A stretch of DNA of 64,000 nucleotides from the human T2T-CHM13v2.0 reference genome, Homo sapiens: NCBI RefSeq assembly GCF_009914755.1, contig NC_060925.1; one strand, 5' to 3'. This document shows, in pieces, positions 1-22,209 of this stretch; within the stretch, counting starts at the first letter, position 1; every line of letters begins with the position of its first letter. The notes beneath the pieces are model-generated. The model worked only from the letters and a program-made list of their open reading frames with translations, did no database searches and had not been told where the DNA came from. Both the position numbers and the translations under genes were made by a program.

Positions 1-12
1 GGGTGATGAACA

Positions 13-2224
<2,212 letters not shown>

Positions 2225-2588
2225 CTTATTTATTTTTTCAACTGAGCCATGCATAGAAGGCAGAAACTCTTTCTGGATTATACTACTGGTAGAAAATACG
2301 TAATTATTGAGTAGAAGAGAAAGTAATAAGATATTTGGGTTTCATAATTGTGCAGGAATATCTTTTTTAAACAGCTAGATAATAGATTAAGGGGGAACAG
2401 GTAGTTCCCTAACTGAGAACATCGTTTACTGGAGTTGGTATGTGAAAAAGAGAATGCAAAGATGTGCATAGGAGAGACTAAGGTTAGGGTACAAAGAACT
2501 GCATTTCCTCTGGTTAAGCAAAAGGAAGTTCGCTTATTTCCAGAAGAAGATGTGGACTTTGATATAGCACACATTAGAAGAGGGCTAG

Positions 2589-2908
<320 letters not shown>

Positions 2909-2999
2909 GAAGAGGGCTGTCCCAGTTCTTCAGAATAACCAAAGGTGGAATGGTGAGAGGACAGTATTTTCATTTACTTTCTAAGCATTAATACCTCAA

Positions 3000-4100
3000 T
3001 AATTGGGAAAAAAATTAAAGGCAAGAAGATGAAAAATAAGAAAAAAGAGGACATTTAGGAGATCAGTCCAGGAGGGTTTAAGATCCAAGTGCTAAGCACA
3101 CAAATTAAACAAACAAACAAAAAGTCACATAGAAGGAATGAGAATGACATGGAACCTTTAAAAGAAAAAAAGCAATGTCTATAAATTATGAAGAAAAATA
3201 ATTTTAAACTCAAAATTATATCCCAGCTAGGTTACTAATCAAAATTAGGGTGGAATAAAGATATTTTTAAATATAAAAGAACTATGGGGGATGGTCTCAC
3301 ATTTGGAAAAACAAATCAAATATACAAGCAGTCAAAAAAATCTACTTCCTACATAATCTTTCTTAGAAAAGCCACTGAAAGATAAGTACCAGCAAAATGA
3401 GGGTGTAAGCAAGATAAAAAAAGTACACACAAAAAACCCATGAGATCAGAAAAAAAGGGCAAACAAAGGAGAACAGTCAAGGAAGTCCTGAAATAACAGC
3501 TGTTTAGACCACAGGCCTAAAGCAACCAGTCCAGATTAGAGCCAGGAAGGTGGAAAGCTCCAGAGGGAGGTCTCCAGAAACAAACAAACAAATGGAACTG
3601 GTACATCGTTTGAATAAATAACATCGACAGCTGTATAAAATATGTGATGAACAGTAACAGAAAACAAAGCAAAAGAAAAAAATGAGGGCCACTGAATCCA
3701 AGGACAAGAGTTATATGAGAAAGGAAACCTAATCAGTGTCATGCTTGGGTCAGCAGAGAGAAATAGTGACACAGCCATAGTAATGTAAACACTAGTGACT
3801 TAACCAAGAGTTCTGATCAAACTATATTACAATACTGGGAGAATGGGGAAGAGGACAGATGATGTGGCAGTGATGGTGGGAGTGGAGGGTATGGAGAAAG
3901 GGTGAACATAAGATAACTAAATCTTCATCTACCTTAAAATGAAGTTAATGGGCAGTGTTTAAAATTGATAAGAAATAGCCATAAGAGCATATTTGAAAAT
4001 ATGAAGGAAAAAAATAGCTCAAGTGGTTGCCTCTGGGCAGGGGATTAGAAGGGATGGGAGAGAAAACTACAGTTTTTGTTATAAGCTTTTCCTGCCATTT
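3000..4100 (+). mobile_element. Old L1 (L1M-type) fragments
   Basis: A-rich, degenerate L1 ORF1 and 3'-like sequence; subfamily not determined. Confidence 0.5.
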
Positions 4101-4109
4101 GATTTGAAA

Positions 4110-4187
4110 CTGGGTCCCTCCCTCTATATGTCAAAATTACAACTGGAGATGAGATTTGGGTGGGGACACAGAGCCAAACCATATCAC
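4110..4187. mobile_element. MaLR (THE1/MST) LTR terminal fragment
   Basis: gagatgagatttgggtggggacacagagccaaaccatatca. Confidence 0.75.
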
Positions 4188-4752
4188 TCACCAAGGTTCA
4201 ACTTTTGCACACATGTAGTTTTCTCGTAGGGCTGTTGTGAGGTTTACAATGGTAAAGCATCCAACAGAGGGCCTGGCACTTAGTAGGTGCTCCAAGAACC
4301 TAGTTGTTATTACTGGTGATTGTTTTAAATAATATGGACTTGTAAAGAAAATGAAATAAACTTATTTTCATCTCCTTGAACAGACATTTTAGAAAAGTTG
4401 GTCTTTTTCTAAAGTGTCCTTTTTCTCCAAGTGTCCCCTATCTCAGAAGTGGCAAAACCTTTTACCCAGTATAGGTAAAACAATCTAACAATAAGAATAG
4501 CCCTTATTTATTTTCTTTCTCTTATCCCACATCTAATTCCAGAAAATCCTATTAGTTTTACTTTCAAAATGTGTCTCAAATTTTACCACTTCTTACTTCT
4601 CCCATTAAGCTCACACAAATTCTCCATGGACTGTAGATCTTCTGGCTCAGAGTATCTTTTGTGTCAAGGACTTCTTTGGAATACAGAAAGTTTATAGACT
4701 GCTTCTTAAACATTTTTCAATGTATAAAGTAAAAACATCAGAAAGATTACAA

Positions 4753-7557
<2,805 letters not shown>

Positions 7558-7882
7558 AAGCATCTTCTTGAAATATGTGAGAAAAGATCTGTATCTGCTT
7601 ATGAAAGGGACGATGTGATTCTGTTCAACTCTGAGGGACTTTCTTCTAGGATGACTCTGTGATTTTATGACCTAATGACTGTTCCCACTACTATTACCAA
7701 ACTGCTTATGAACATGATAACAATTACTAAATAGCTACGTGCTGTTTAACACCACTGTGGCAGATACATTACCAACATCATTTAACTTTTGTGGCAATCC
7801 TGCCAATTAAGTATTATCATCTTCATTTAAAAAGTGCCAAAATGATGGTCAGCAAGATAAAGTAATATAGTCCCAAGGTTAC

Positions 7883-8080
7883 TATGGTATAATACAGAAT
7901 ATAACTGGTCTTTGCCCACCTTTCCTGGCATAGATCTTCAAAAATCCTTGCAATTTCCTGAGTGCCAGGAATATCTTTGTTGAGCTAATGTGGTGACGCA
8001 TAGTGGCCCCACAGATAGCTTCGGGCAGGGGACTGATCACCAGAAAGATCAAGCATGTGATTAGAGTTGTAACTCCGAGC
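7883..8080 (+). mobile_element. MER21-like LTR fragment
   Basis: ctaatgtggtgac...caccagaaagatcaagcatgtgattagag. Confidence 0.7.
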
Positions 8081-8941
8081 CATCTTCTGCACTTCTGTAG
8101 TCTTGAGCCCTTTTCTGAATCCCTCAAAGAATGCTTAACCTTGAAAACAATTTTCAGTAATTATTCAGGGCAGATATAGGGGCATGGCTCCAGCATAAAA
8201 TCCTAAAAATCTATCTTTAACTTCTACTAGAGTGAAGAGTCTCGTTTTTGTTTCCTATAAGCTAGAGAGAAACCACAAAACACAAATTCTGAAAATACTT
8301 TTGTGGTCAAAAGTGTATGCTGGTCGGGTGCAGTGGCTCACGTCTGTAATCCTAGCACTTTGGGAGGCCGAGGTGGGCAGATCACCTGAGGTCAGGAGTT
8401 CAAGACCAGCCTGGCCAACATGGCGAAACCCCATCTCTACTAAAAATACAAAAAATAGCCGGGCATGGTGGCAGCACCTGTAATCCCAGCTACTCAGGAG
8501 GCTGAGGCAGGAGAATCACTTGAACTCAGGAGGCAGAGGTTGCAGTGAGCCAAGGTCATGCCACTGCATGCCAGCCTGGGTGACAGAGCGAGATTCTGTC
8601 TCAAAAAAAAAAAAAAAAAAAAGTGTATGCTGCAACTGTTCTCAGCCAAAAAGAGCTTTCTAAGCACCGACACAGAAAAGCAATCTCATGGGATCCAAGC
8701 AGTAATACTATACTTTTTACTATAGCTTATGCAAAAGCTTTCTAAGCCTTTATTTCAACTATGAAGTTTCCTTTCACAGAACCAAAAATGGATTGCCCAA
8801 ATTTAATCTTCCTTTCCTAGGATGCATGTGAATTATATTGTTTATAAATGCTACTAGTTTTTACTTTTATTTTTAATTATCTGAATCTCTTCTACGGAAA
8901 TGCTGTAAGTTTTTAGATTCATCTGTGTTACAATATTTTTA

Positions 8942-9049
<108 letters not shown>

Positions 9050-9593
9050 CTAAAAAGACATAAATCTGGTTCCATCAGCTCTCAATACAAAGGAAAAATA
9101 CCCATTTTCTTCCACATAAAAATAATACATTTCCCCATGCAAAGGAGATAACAATGATAATTTTCTGAGGCGTCACTATATGCAGACACTGTGCAAAATG
9201 TGTTCTCATCAGTGGACCTCCCCAGCAATCCTATTATTATCCAGTCTAAATGAGGAAAGTGAGGCTTAGAGGGATTATTTGTCCAAGTTCTCATCACTAG
9301 ATAAAGGAAGAAATGAGACTCAATCTCAGGCTGAATGGATCCCAAGGTCTGATGTTTTCGAGTTACTCAAAGATCTAACCGTCACAATACACTTCCCTTG
9401 GGGCAAATCTACAGCTAGCTTTCGTTTCTTTGGTAGAGATGGGGTCTTGCTATGCTGTCCAGGCTGGTCGTGACCTCCTGGCCTCAAGCAATCCTCTTGC
9501 CTCAGCCTCCCAAAGTGCTGGGATTATAGGTGTGAGCCGCTGCACCCCACCAAGACTAAGCTTTTTTGTTTGTTTGTTTGTTTTGTTTTTTGA

Positions 9594-9811
<218 letters not shown>

Positions 9812-9945
9812 TGATCTGCCCACCTCGGCCTCCCAAAGTGCTGGGATTACAGGAGTGAGCCACTGCGCCCGGCCCTAGACTAAGCTTTTGAACCCCAAAT
9901 TTCCCAGTATATCAGGTATTCTAGATCTCATTTTATTTTATTTTT

Positions 9946-10355
<410 letters not shown>

Positions 10356-11254
10356 AGGTGTTCCAGATCTTTTTAGTGCAACACATACAAGAGTATCTGG
10401 GACACTGAGGTATTTTCTCTTTTCCTTGAAGCAAATAATACAAAGTACAGCTACCTCAGCAATATCTAAGTGAAAGGAAACATTCAGGGAGTTGGTATAA
10501 ATTCAGGGAGGGGGATAAATCACTTAGATACAGAAACAACAAAAAAGTTTTAAATGAAGGAAATGAGAAAAGTGGTGCTGTGTTTTTGGTCATTAATTGC
10601 TTTTCTTCACCATAAATTTTATGTACAGAGGTGGTAATGGGCTTACCTCATTTCTTTCTTTCTTTTTTCTTTTTTTTTTTTGAGACAGGGGTCTTGTTCT
10701 GTCACCCAGGCTGGAAGTACAGTGGTGAGATCTCAGCTTACTGCAACCTCTGCCTTCTAGGCTCAAGCAATCCTCCTACCTCAGTCTCCCAAGTGGCTGG
10801 GACTACAGGTATGCACCACCACACCTGGCTAATTTTTCTCTCTTTTTCTTTCTTTTTTTTTTTTTTTGTAGAGCCGGGATTTCACCATGTTGCCCTTGCT
10901 GGTCTTGAACTCCTGGACTCAAGCAATCTGCCCACCTCGGCTGCCCAAACTGCTGGGATTACAGGTATGAACTACCGCGCCCAGCTTACCCCACTGATTT
11001 CTCTAGAAAAAAAAAAATTGGTGCTCCTTATTATCACTCCTTGGTAACATAACACTAACAGAATCATAATCCATACTCAAAAATATAAGGAAGTAATGGG
11101 TAAAAAACATTTTTTCTACATAAGCAAGACAAACTCAGAGTCAATACAAGAATGACTGATAGATTTTGCTGCATTAAAGCCATAATATTCTGGCCGGGCA
11201 TTGTGGCTCACACCTGTAATCCCAGCACTTTGGGAGGCCGAGACATGTGAATCA

Positions 11255-11503
<249 letters not shown>

Positions 11504-12666
11504 CTATAATATTCTATATAATAAAATTAAATATAAGTCATAAGACTGGGAAAAATAGTGTCAACACATAATTAAATAAAAGACTACTTTCCATCATAGA
11601 GTACCAATTAATGTAAAAAAAGAAAAAGACAGCAATAGCAAAAGGGTTGAAAGATAAGATCAAATAATTTCAAATCACTGGAGATAGTCAACCTCATGGT
11701 AATCAGGGACATGTATACTAAAATGTAATATGATTTGCCAATAAAACTGCCAAAAAATAAAAAGACAGGTATAATCCATTGTTGATAGGAAATGGTTATT
11801 TTCACACACTGTTGGTGGGCACATGTAACTGACAGTTTTTGTGAAGGATGATACAGCATTATTTTTCAAAATCTAATATATATCAATCTTCAACCCTGAT
11901 TTTCACTTCCAAAAATCTATCTCATATAGTCCCATCACAGGTGCACAAAAATACGTGAAACAAGTTCAGCAGAGTTCTATTTACAACTGGAAACAATCTA
12001 AATGTCCAAAACAGGAGAATTATTATGTAAATTCTGCTGTATCCAGACTATTATACAATATCTATTTTTAAGTTATTACGTACATGAGAAAGTCATCAAG
12101 ACAGAATGACCACATTTATATAAAAAATAGAAGCCTAGGTCCAGGCATGATGTAATCCCAGCACTTTGGGAGGCTGAGGCAGGAGGATCGCTTGAGGCCA
12201 GAAGTTCAATACAAGCCTGGGCAACACAGCAAGATCCCACCTCTAAAAACAAAAACTTAGCTGGGTGTGGTGGTGCACACCCGTACTACTAGCTACTCAG
12301 GCAGCTGAGGTGGGATCATTTCTTGAGCCCAGGAGCTCAAGGCAGCAGGCAGTGAGCTACAATCACACCACTGCACTCCAGCCTGGGAGACAGGGTAAGA
12401 CCCTGTCTCAAACAACAGCAACAACAACAAAACAGAAGCGTAAAATATAAATTTTTTTATGTTTCTGGAAAAAATTCTAGAATGATGCATACTAAATGAC
12501 AACTATTAGCAGTCTCGTAATAACCTCCAAAAAGAGTAATACGGAGGAGAATGGAAAGAAATTTACTCTCTTTATACTTGTGTTTTATTTGAATTTTTCA
12601 CAAATGTGTATTCATGTATAACTAGTGCAATTAAAAAAGAATACATTTGCCAGGCGCGGTGGCTCA

Positions 12667-13348
<682 letters not shown>

Positions 13349-13473
13349 CTATAGCTGGGCGTAGTGGCTCACATCTGTAATGCCAGCACTTTGGGAGGCC
13401 AAGGCGAGTGGATCACCTGAGGTCAGGAGTTCAAGACCAGCCTGGCCAAAGTGGTAAAACCCCGTCTCTACTA

Positions 13474-14427
<954 letters not shown>

Positions 14428-14949
14428 AAGAGAGAGATAAACCAGAAGTTAGACATGTACTTCATACGGCTACAGACTTCTTTGAGGGCAACAGTTGACA
14501 ATGAACCTCTCCAAATTTAGATTTACCAGCTGACAGTAGAGAGCTTCAAACCAATTGAAGGGGCTATGGACAAATGAAGGGTTTATTCATGGCAAAAGAG
14601 AGAGAATAAAAAGGAAAGGAATAAAATCCAGAGCATGCTGTGCCCTAACCAGCTGGAGATAACAAAGTGCTGTGTTTTGCTCCATAGCCCACAGTAGACT
14701 TTGGAATATGACTGGGGAACCTGGGAAGGATCTCTGCCTCAGTCACTGACATCACTATCAAAGATAAGCCTGTAGTAAGAATCTTCTATGATGGTATCAA
14801 TGACTAGGATGAAGAAACAAAACCGCTAAAATGTGAGTCACATTTATTTATTTATTTATTTATATTAGTCATCCTTTTTTGTGTGTGACTTTTGAATGTT
14901 TTCGGAGATTTTTAGCAAAATGAGGCATGTAATAATGTTTTATGACCTA

Positions 14950-15301
<352 letters not shown>

Positions 15302-16256
15302 TCACCCATGTAATCCCAGCACTTTTTGGGAGGCTGAGGCGGATACATCACCTGAGGTCAGGAGTTCAAGACCAGCCTGACCAACATGAGGAAACCCTGT
15401 CTCTACTAAAAATACAAAAATTAGCCAGGCATGGTGGCGGGTGCCTGTAATCCCAGCTACTCAGGAGGCTGAGGGAGGAGAATCGCTTGAACCCAGGAGG
15501 CGGAAGTTGCAGTGAGCCGAGATGCACCATTGCACTCCAGCCTGGGAGACAAGAGCAAAACTCCGTCTCGAAAAAAATAAAAATAAAAATAAATAAAAAT
15601 AGCAGTTGCTATCTGCTTCAAAAAGGTTATATATTTATTGTTTATGTTATGCTTCACTAAGCTTCAAATTGTTATACAATAGCACTCCTAATAACAACTG
15701 TTTCTGGTACTCCGTACTGAAATCTCTAAGGACTGTGACTCAGTGTGGCTGACACAAGTGGTATTCAGTGCAGATCAATTTTATATCTTCTCCAGATATA
15801 AAATGGGTGTTGGGTCTTTTTTTATCTTCATCATTTTCATGTCCTCACTTTAAGAGAAAAGGTTTTGGGTCTTAAAAGTTAATAACCTGACCCTATTTTG
15901 AGTGCATGATATCTTAAACTGTATGTTTTCCTGTCTCAAGAACCCATTTAGCTCAAGAATGTTGTAGGATTACAAGATTATAAGGCAAGCTATTTAAAAC
16001 AATATCATTTCCATACTTACCTACTCATTTGTGTGAATTAGGATGACCTAAAGATTGTGCAACCAAAATAATGTACAGGAAAAAAACTGGATGCAGAGGC
16101 GGATACAGAATACAACTGCTATCTCTAGGATTTGATTTCAAATTACTAAGTGTCTTCATTAAGAGTCTCAATGCTCCCAAGGGATGACTTCATAAGAAAT
16201 ACCTGGCTTGGAACATAGAAAAGGTTTATTGTGCTAAAAGAATCTGAAAACCACTA

Positions 16257-16391
<135 letters not shown>

Positions 16392-16432
16392 CTAAACATA
16401 CACAGAAAGGAAATAAAATACCAACAGTTCAA

Positions 16433-16589
16433 CTTTGTGGTTTGGGTCAAATGATACTAAACAGTTTTATGTGACATAAACTAGTTTTATGTGTCAAAGT
16501 CCAGAAAGTATCAGAATGAACCATATACAATTGCTGATATTTAACCATTTTTGACCTGTAATAGCCAACTGCATATAGTTCAACTTAAT
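16433..16589. repeat. Inverted-duplication arm A (contains a MADE2 mariner MITE at about 16517-16590)
   Basis: Reverse complement aligns to 17746-17935; 16521-16589 is a 69/69 match. Confidence 0.9.
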
Positions 16590-17745
16590 AAAATTAGCTA
16601 CTATTTAAGCCTACTATAAATTTCCTTATTTATAAAATGAAGACTTAAGTGAAACGTAAGTTCTTCTCTAGCTCAAAAAAAATCACCAAAATTCAATTGC
16701 ACTTTAGAACTAATCTTGTAAGCCTCGTGCATATAAAATATCCAGCAGTAATTTTCATTAATTCAACAGTATTTTACATACACACAAGTCAAATTACTGT
16801 TTTATTGTTATTTTTACACAAGTCGTCTTACTAAATAAAGGAATAACTATTTTGTCATACAGCATCAGAGGAGGCAAAGTGAGCCAACTAGGCACTTAAC
16901 AGGTTTCATAATGGCTTACTCTATGTTGAAATCTAAATCAAAATATAAAACATTAAGATAAGTCAAGAAATATAGCAATTCACAAGCAACTATAACATTA
17001 GGACTAAGTAATATGAAAAGCTACATGTAAGGATTATTTCACTTTTAGCTTAGGCATAAGAAATTTTTCTTGTAAAATGTCAAACCAGATGATTAAGAAA
17101 GAGCAGTTTTTTTCTTAATGAAACTGCCAAATAAGATGGAATCCAAAAACATCTTTACAGTGCCAATTATTATTATTATTTTTGTTTTAAGACAGGGTCT
17201 CTCTGTCAACCAGACAGGAGTGCAGTGGAGCCATCTCGGCTCACTGCAACCTCCACGCCCCCAGGCTCAAGTGATTCTCCTGCCTCAGCCTCCTGAGTAG
17301 CTAGGATTGCAGGCATACCACCACTACCACCTGGCTAATTTTTGTATTTTTAGTAGAGATGGGGTTTCACCATGTTGGCCAGGCTGGTCTCGAACTCCTG
17401 AACTCAAATATCCACCTGACTCAGCCTCCCAAAATACTGGGATTACAGGCATGAGCCACTGCCCCCGGCCTACAGTGCCAACTATTTCATATCACCTATG
17501 CTATTTAATGACTATATGGCCATACTAAATAATCAAGGCAAAGAGTACCACAGACGACAGAGATTAAAGTGCTATTTTTTCATTTGACTAGAACTTTCTT
17601 TCCCTCACATCCTTTTGGTACTTTTCTTTGAACTTTTGCTCATTCTGCTTCCCTTACTTGAACTGCTTTCTAACCTACCTCCAAACATTTCTTCTTGCAT
17701 TCTAAAAGATCCTCATTAATCATTCTTCCCATAATAGTTAATTTG

Positions 17746-17935
17746 ATTAAGTTGAACTATATGCAGTTGGCTATTACAGGTCAAAAATGGTTAAATATCA
17801 GCAATTGTATATGGCTTATCCTCATCCTGATACTTTCTGGACTTTGACACATAAAACTAGTTTTATGACACATAAAACTAGTTTTATGACACATAAAACT
17901 GTTTTACTATCATTTGACCGAAACCAAACCCAAAG
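17746..17935. repeat. Inverted-duplication arm B with a 21-bp tandem unit containing the palindrome cataaaactagttttatg
   Basis: Direct inspection; inverted copy of 16433-16589 with one extra 21-bp unit. Confidence 0.9.
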
Positions 17936-17962
17936 TATTTCTTTGCTCTTAAAGTACTTTGT

Positions 17963-18138
17963 ATTATTATAACATTTGAGCTCTTCTACCTTCACTATAT
18001 TATATTACAAAGCCCTTGGAAAGCAGGGGTCCTATTCAGATATTCAGATTTTATCATTATTGTAACATTTGAGCTCTTCTACCCTCACTATATTATATTA
18101 CAAAGTCCTTGGAAAGCAGGAGTCCTATTCAGATTTTT
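17963..18138. repeat. 93-bp direct tandem duplication (2 copies)
   Basis: attattrtaacatttgagctcttctacc...gtcctattcagat starts at 17963 and again at 18056. Confidence 0.9.
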
Positions 18139-18154
18139 CTGTCATAACATCCTG

Positions 18155-18212
18155 CACAGTGTACAAATATAGCACACAGTGTGCAAATATAATAAACAGT
18201 GTACAAATATAG
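18155..18212. repeat. 20-bp tandem repeat, 3 copies (acagtgtrcaaatata)
   Basis: Direct inspection. Confidence 0.85.
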
Positions 18213-18649
18213 TAGACTTTCCTGGAAAATCGAATTCAGCAAAAACTATACTTGCAATGCTGAAGCAAAATATTCAGTACTATTGTAAAAGAAGGCATAT
18301 CAGGGGGCTGGGAGACATAAAGTTTCAGATAGGAATAGAAGAGAACAATCAATACCGTTGGCAAAGTGACTTTGGAAATGGTAAACCAAGGTAGCTAGGT
18401 AAAAGGAAATTTAATTTAGGGAAAGGTAAACCTAAAGTTTCAACGAGGACATATTAAAACCTACTTAATCTTAACAAGGCAACAGTGATTAAAAATAAGT
18501 AAATAAATGAAAAGCCCATCTTATCCTTTATTTGAAACATATGCAACATTTCAAGTAAAGATCCTACATTTATTATCTCAAAATCTTTATTGGCCATCAA
18601 ATTTTCAACCATTTTATTCTGGCTTTTGCAAACATCATTATTAAACATA

Positions 18650-19110
18650 TTTTCCCTAAAGCCACCAATGACCTTCTAATTACCAAATCCCAAGTCCCAC
18701 TCTCACTATCTTTTATACTGTTTAGTCACACTGACAAGGTTGAAAAACTCATCTTCCCTTGGTTTTCAGGCTTAGAAGGTCCGGGGTGTTCTCCATCTTA
18801 TGACCAAGCACTTTCGGTCTCCTTTACCAGATCTTGCTTCTTTATCCCTTAATTGTTCGAATCTTTCAGGGTTCTGTCAGAGGCCCTTAATGTAACTGTT
18901 CTTTTACTTAACAAACTTGTCCTACCAGACTGAACCCATTCCCATGGTTTTAGATGCCACTTGGATGATAGTGACTTTCAAATCTCTTCAGAGCTTCAGA
19001 TTCACATTTCCTACTGCCTGCTGGACATCTCCAGATGGCTGTTTAATCTAAAATGTCCTAGAGTGAACTCATTTTCCAATCCCAAGATGCCCATCTTCCT
19101 CATTAGATCA
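18650..19110. mobile_element. L2 fragment
   Basis: caccaatgaccttcta...ctgcctgctggacatctcc...ggctgtttaatctaaaatgtcc is typical of L2. Confidence 0.6.
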
Positions 19111-22012
19111 TCTAATCTTTTTTTTTTTTTTTTTTTTTTTGAGGCGGAGTCTCACTGTGTCGCCCAGGCTGGAGTGCAGTGGCGTGATCTCTGCTCACCG
19201 TTAACCTCCACCTCCTGAGTTCAAACAATTCTCCTGCCTCAGCTTCCTGAGTAGCTGGGATTACAGACACCCACCACCATGCCTGGCTAATTTTTTTGTA
19301 TTTTTACAATGGGGTTTCACCACATTGGCCACACTGGTCTTAAATTCTTGACCTCAAGTGATCTGCCCACCTTGGCCTCCCAAAGTGCAGGGATTATAGG
19401 CGTGAGCCACCGCACCCAGCCCAGATCATCTAATCTTTCAGAGACATTCTGCACTCTTCCATAGACCTCTTCCCCCTACCCACCCGTTAAAAACAAATCA
19501 GACCACAATGAGGCAAAATGTCATATTTACCAGACTGGCAAAAATGAAAATATCAGACACCAACACTGCTGTTGAGAATGTGGGACAATCTGATACAATC
19601 ACTTTATAAAAATAGTTAGCAATATCCAATTTTTTTTTTTTGAGACAGGATGTTGCTCTGTTGCCTAGGCTGGAGAGCAGTGGCGTGATCATAGCTCACT
19701 GCAGCCTCGACCTCTCAGGCTCACGTGATCCTCCCACCTCAGCCTCCCAAGGAGATGGGACTACAGGTGTGCATCTGGCTAATTTTATGGGGTTTTTTTG
19801 TAGAGACAGGGTCTCACTATGTTGCCCATGCTGGTCTCAAACTGGCCTCAAGCAATCCTCCTGCCTTGACCTCTCAAAGTGCTGGGATTATAGGTGTGAG
19901 CCACTGTGCCCAGCCAATACCTAATATTTTTGAAAGTGCACATACTCTAAGATTCAGCAATTCTCCTTCTGGGTATATACCCTAAGGGGAAAAAAATCTC
20001 ACAAATATATGCAAAGATATACATATATAATATTCAACCTAAAAATTCATCAGAAAAAAAACTGATTTTTAAAGTATGGTTACATTCATTCAATGAAATG
20101 CCACACAAAAAGTTAATAAACTAAAAATACATCAACAGAGATAAGTATTATAAATAAATATTGAACAAAAATAACAACCAAGAATAGGTGTAGTCACTCA
20201 CGCATGTAATCCTAGCATTTTGGGAGGCTGAGATAGGAGGATCACCTGAGGCCAGGAGTTTGAGACCAGCCTGGACAATACAGCAAAACCTCTACTTCCA
20301 GAGACTCTGTCTCTCTCTCAAAAAACAAAACAAAACAAAAACCAAAAAACTCAACCAAACCAAGTTGCAAAATAATACACACTATTTAAAGGGGTTTTTT
20401 GTTTGTTTTGCTTTATACCATGGAGAGTTTATAAGGAGAGTTCCAAACTTATAACTAAAGAGATATAACAGTTATAAACTTCAAATGTACCCATCACTGA
20501 CCTTCAATTATTATCAACTCGATTAATGACCAGTCTTGCTTCATCTATACTCCTGGCCACTTTCCTTGTTTTATTGAAGAAAATCCTAGATGTCCTATTT
20601 TATTTATAAATATTTCAGTATCTCTAAAATATGATTTTAAAATGTCATATCACACTTAAAAATTAGTATTTCCTTAATATAAAATATTCAGTAAGCACTA
20701 ACATTTCCAATTATCTCATAAACCTCATACTTGAAAAAAATTACATTAAAAATTTTTTTGGTAGAGACAGGGTCTTGGTATGCTGGTCTGTCTTAAATGC
20801 CTGGCCTCAAGTGATCCTCTTGCCTCAGCCTCCCAAAGTGCTGGGGATTACAGGTGTCGGCCACTGTGCCTGGCCTTATACTTCTGAAACATATAAAATA
20901 ATACTATATATTGTTTAGGGATAAATATACACATAGTAAATATAGAAAGAAGTGCATGGAACTAATAAGCACCAAATTCAGCCTTGTGGTAAGTTCCATG
21001 GGAAAGAGAACAGGGAACATCATGAGGGAGGGTTTGCAAGAAGCTTTAAGTGTACTGCTGTTTTTTTTTGTTTTTTTTTTTTTTGCTGGGTGATAGATAC
21101 ATAGGGGTATATTATATTACTCTTTGGAATTCCTTATATGTGGAAATATTTTATAATAAAATTTTTATTAATTACAATCTTTAAAAATATGTTACACTCT
21201 TGACTTAAAGCCTCTATTAGCTCTCTGATATTCTGAAGTTAACATCCAAACTTTAGCTTGGTATAAAGGCCCTTCAATGTCTGGCTATAACCTTCTTTTC
21301 CAATCCCAGTTCCCACCAATGCCCTCTGCTTCAAGGTTCACATCTAATACCACCTCTGCTGGAAAATCAAAACCAAGTACAAGAAAAGTTACGAGGTATG
21401 TAAAAAGCCCATAGGAAATACTAAGTATAACTCCCTTATTTTAGGGAGAAAGTAATACACAATAGGAAAGATTTAAAAATTGAGGTAGAGATAAATTTTA
21501 AAAACCTTTTAAAACAAATGTTACCCTCATTTCTTCTTTGTTGGAATATATCATAGAATGGCATTTTTACTTTTCACAGAGAGGGACAAAAAATAAATTC
21601 AAAGTGTCTTAAATTTGGATAATAAGTTTCTTAAATGCAGAAGGAAGATACAGCACTTGAGTGACTTCTATCTCCAGAAGTATTTTTATTTATTAATATG
21701 GAACTCATCTGAGCCACATGACAACTGGACAAAAAGTAGATCAGGAGTCAGACAACTCAGATTGAAATCTTTGCTCTACTGCTTCTAGCTGTGGGAAAAT
21801 TCAGGCTCAGAGGTTAACAGACTTAATTGAGAAAGCATTTATACACCCAAAGTGGCAGAGCAGAGCAAAGCTCAGCCTCCTCACTCCTACAGCACTGATT
21901 TTAAATACCAAAATACCACAATTGCTGAAAGATCTGAGAACATTTTACCCCGTAATTTGCATGACCATTACTTTTTCTAATCTAAAATAATGGTTCTTGC
22001 TCAATAACTTAC

Positions 22013-22075
22013 CATGTTTAGTAATTCGGGGCCCTTGACAGATATAAAATTTAGTCCGGACTCATTTGCAACAGC
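22013..22075 (-). CDS. NVL: NVL exon 16 (63 bp): AVANESGLNFISVKGPELLNM
   Basis: gctag|GCTGTT...AACATG|gtaagt. Confidence 0.96.
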
Positions 22076-22166
22076 CTAGCAAGAGGAAACAAAAAGACAC
22101 AAATAAGACCAATACACAGTAATAATAACAATAATAATGATGATGATGTGTGACAATGAAAGGACT

Positions 22167-22167
<1 letters not shown>

Positions 22168-22207
<40 letters not shown>
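22168..22207. repeat. (TG)~20 microsatellite at an AluY tail, read as (CA)n in NVL pre-mRNA
   Basis: Direct inspection; one interruption. Confidence 0.95.

Positions 22208-22209
<2 letters not shown>

Noticed and set aside
17845-17905. Palindromic direct repeats resembling a CRISPR array
   Set aside because: Units are contiguous with no unique spacers, in a human intron with no cas genes.
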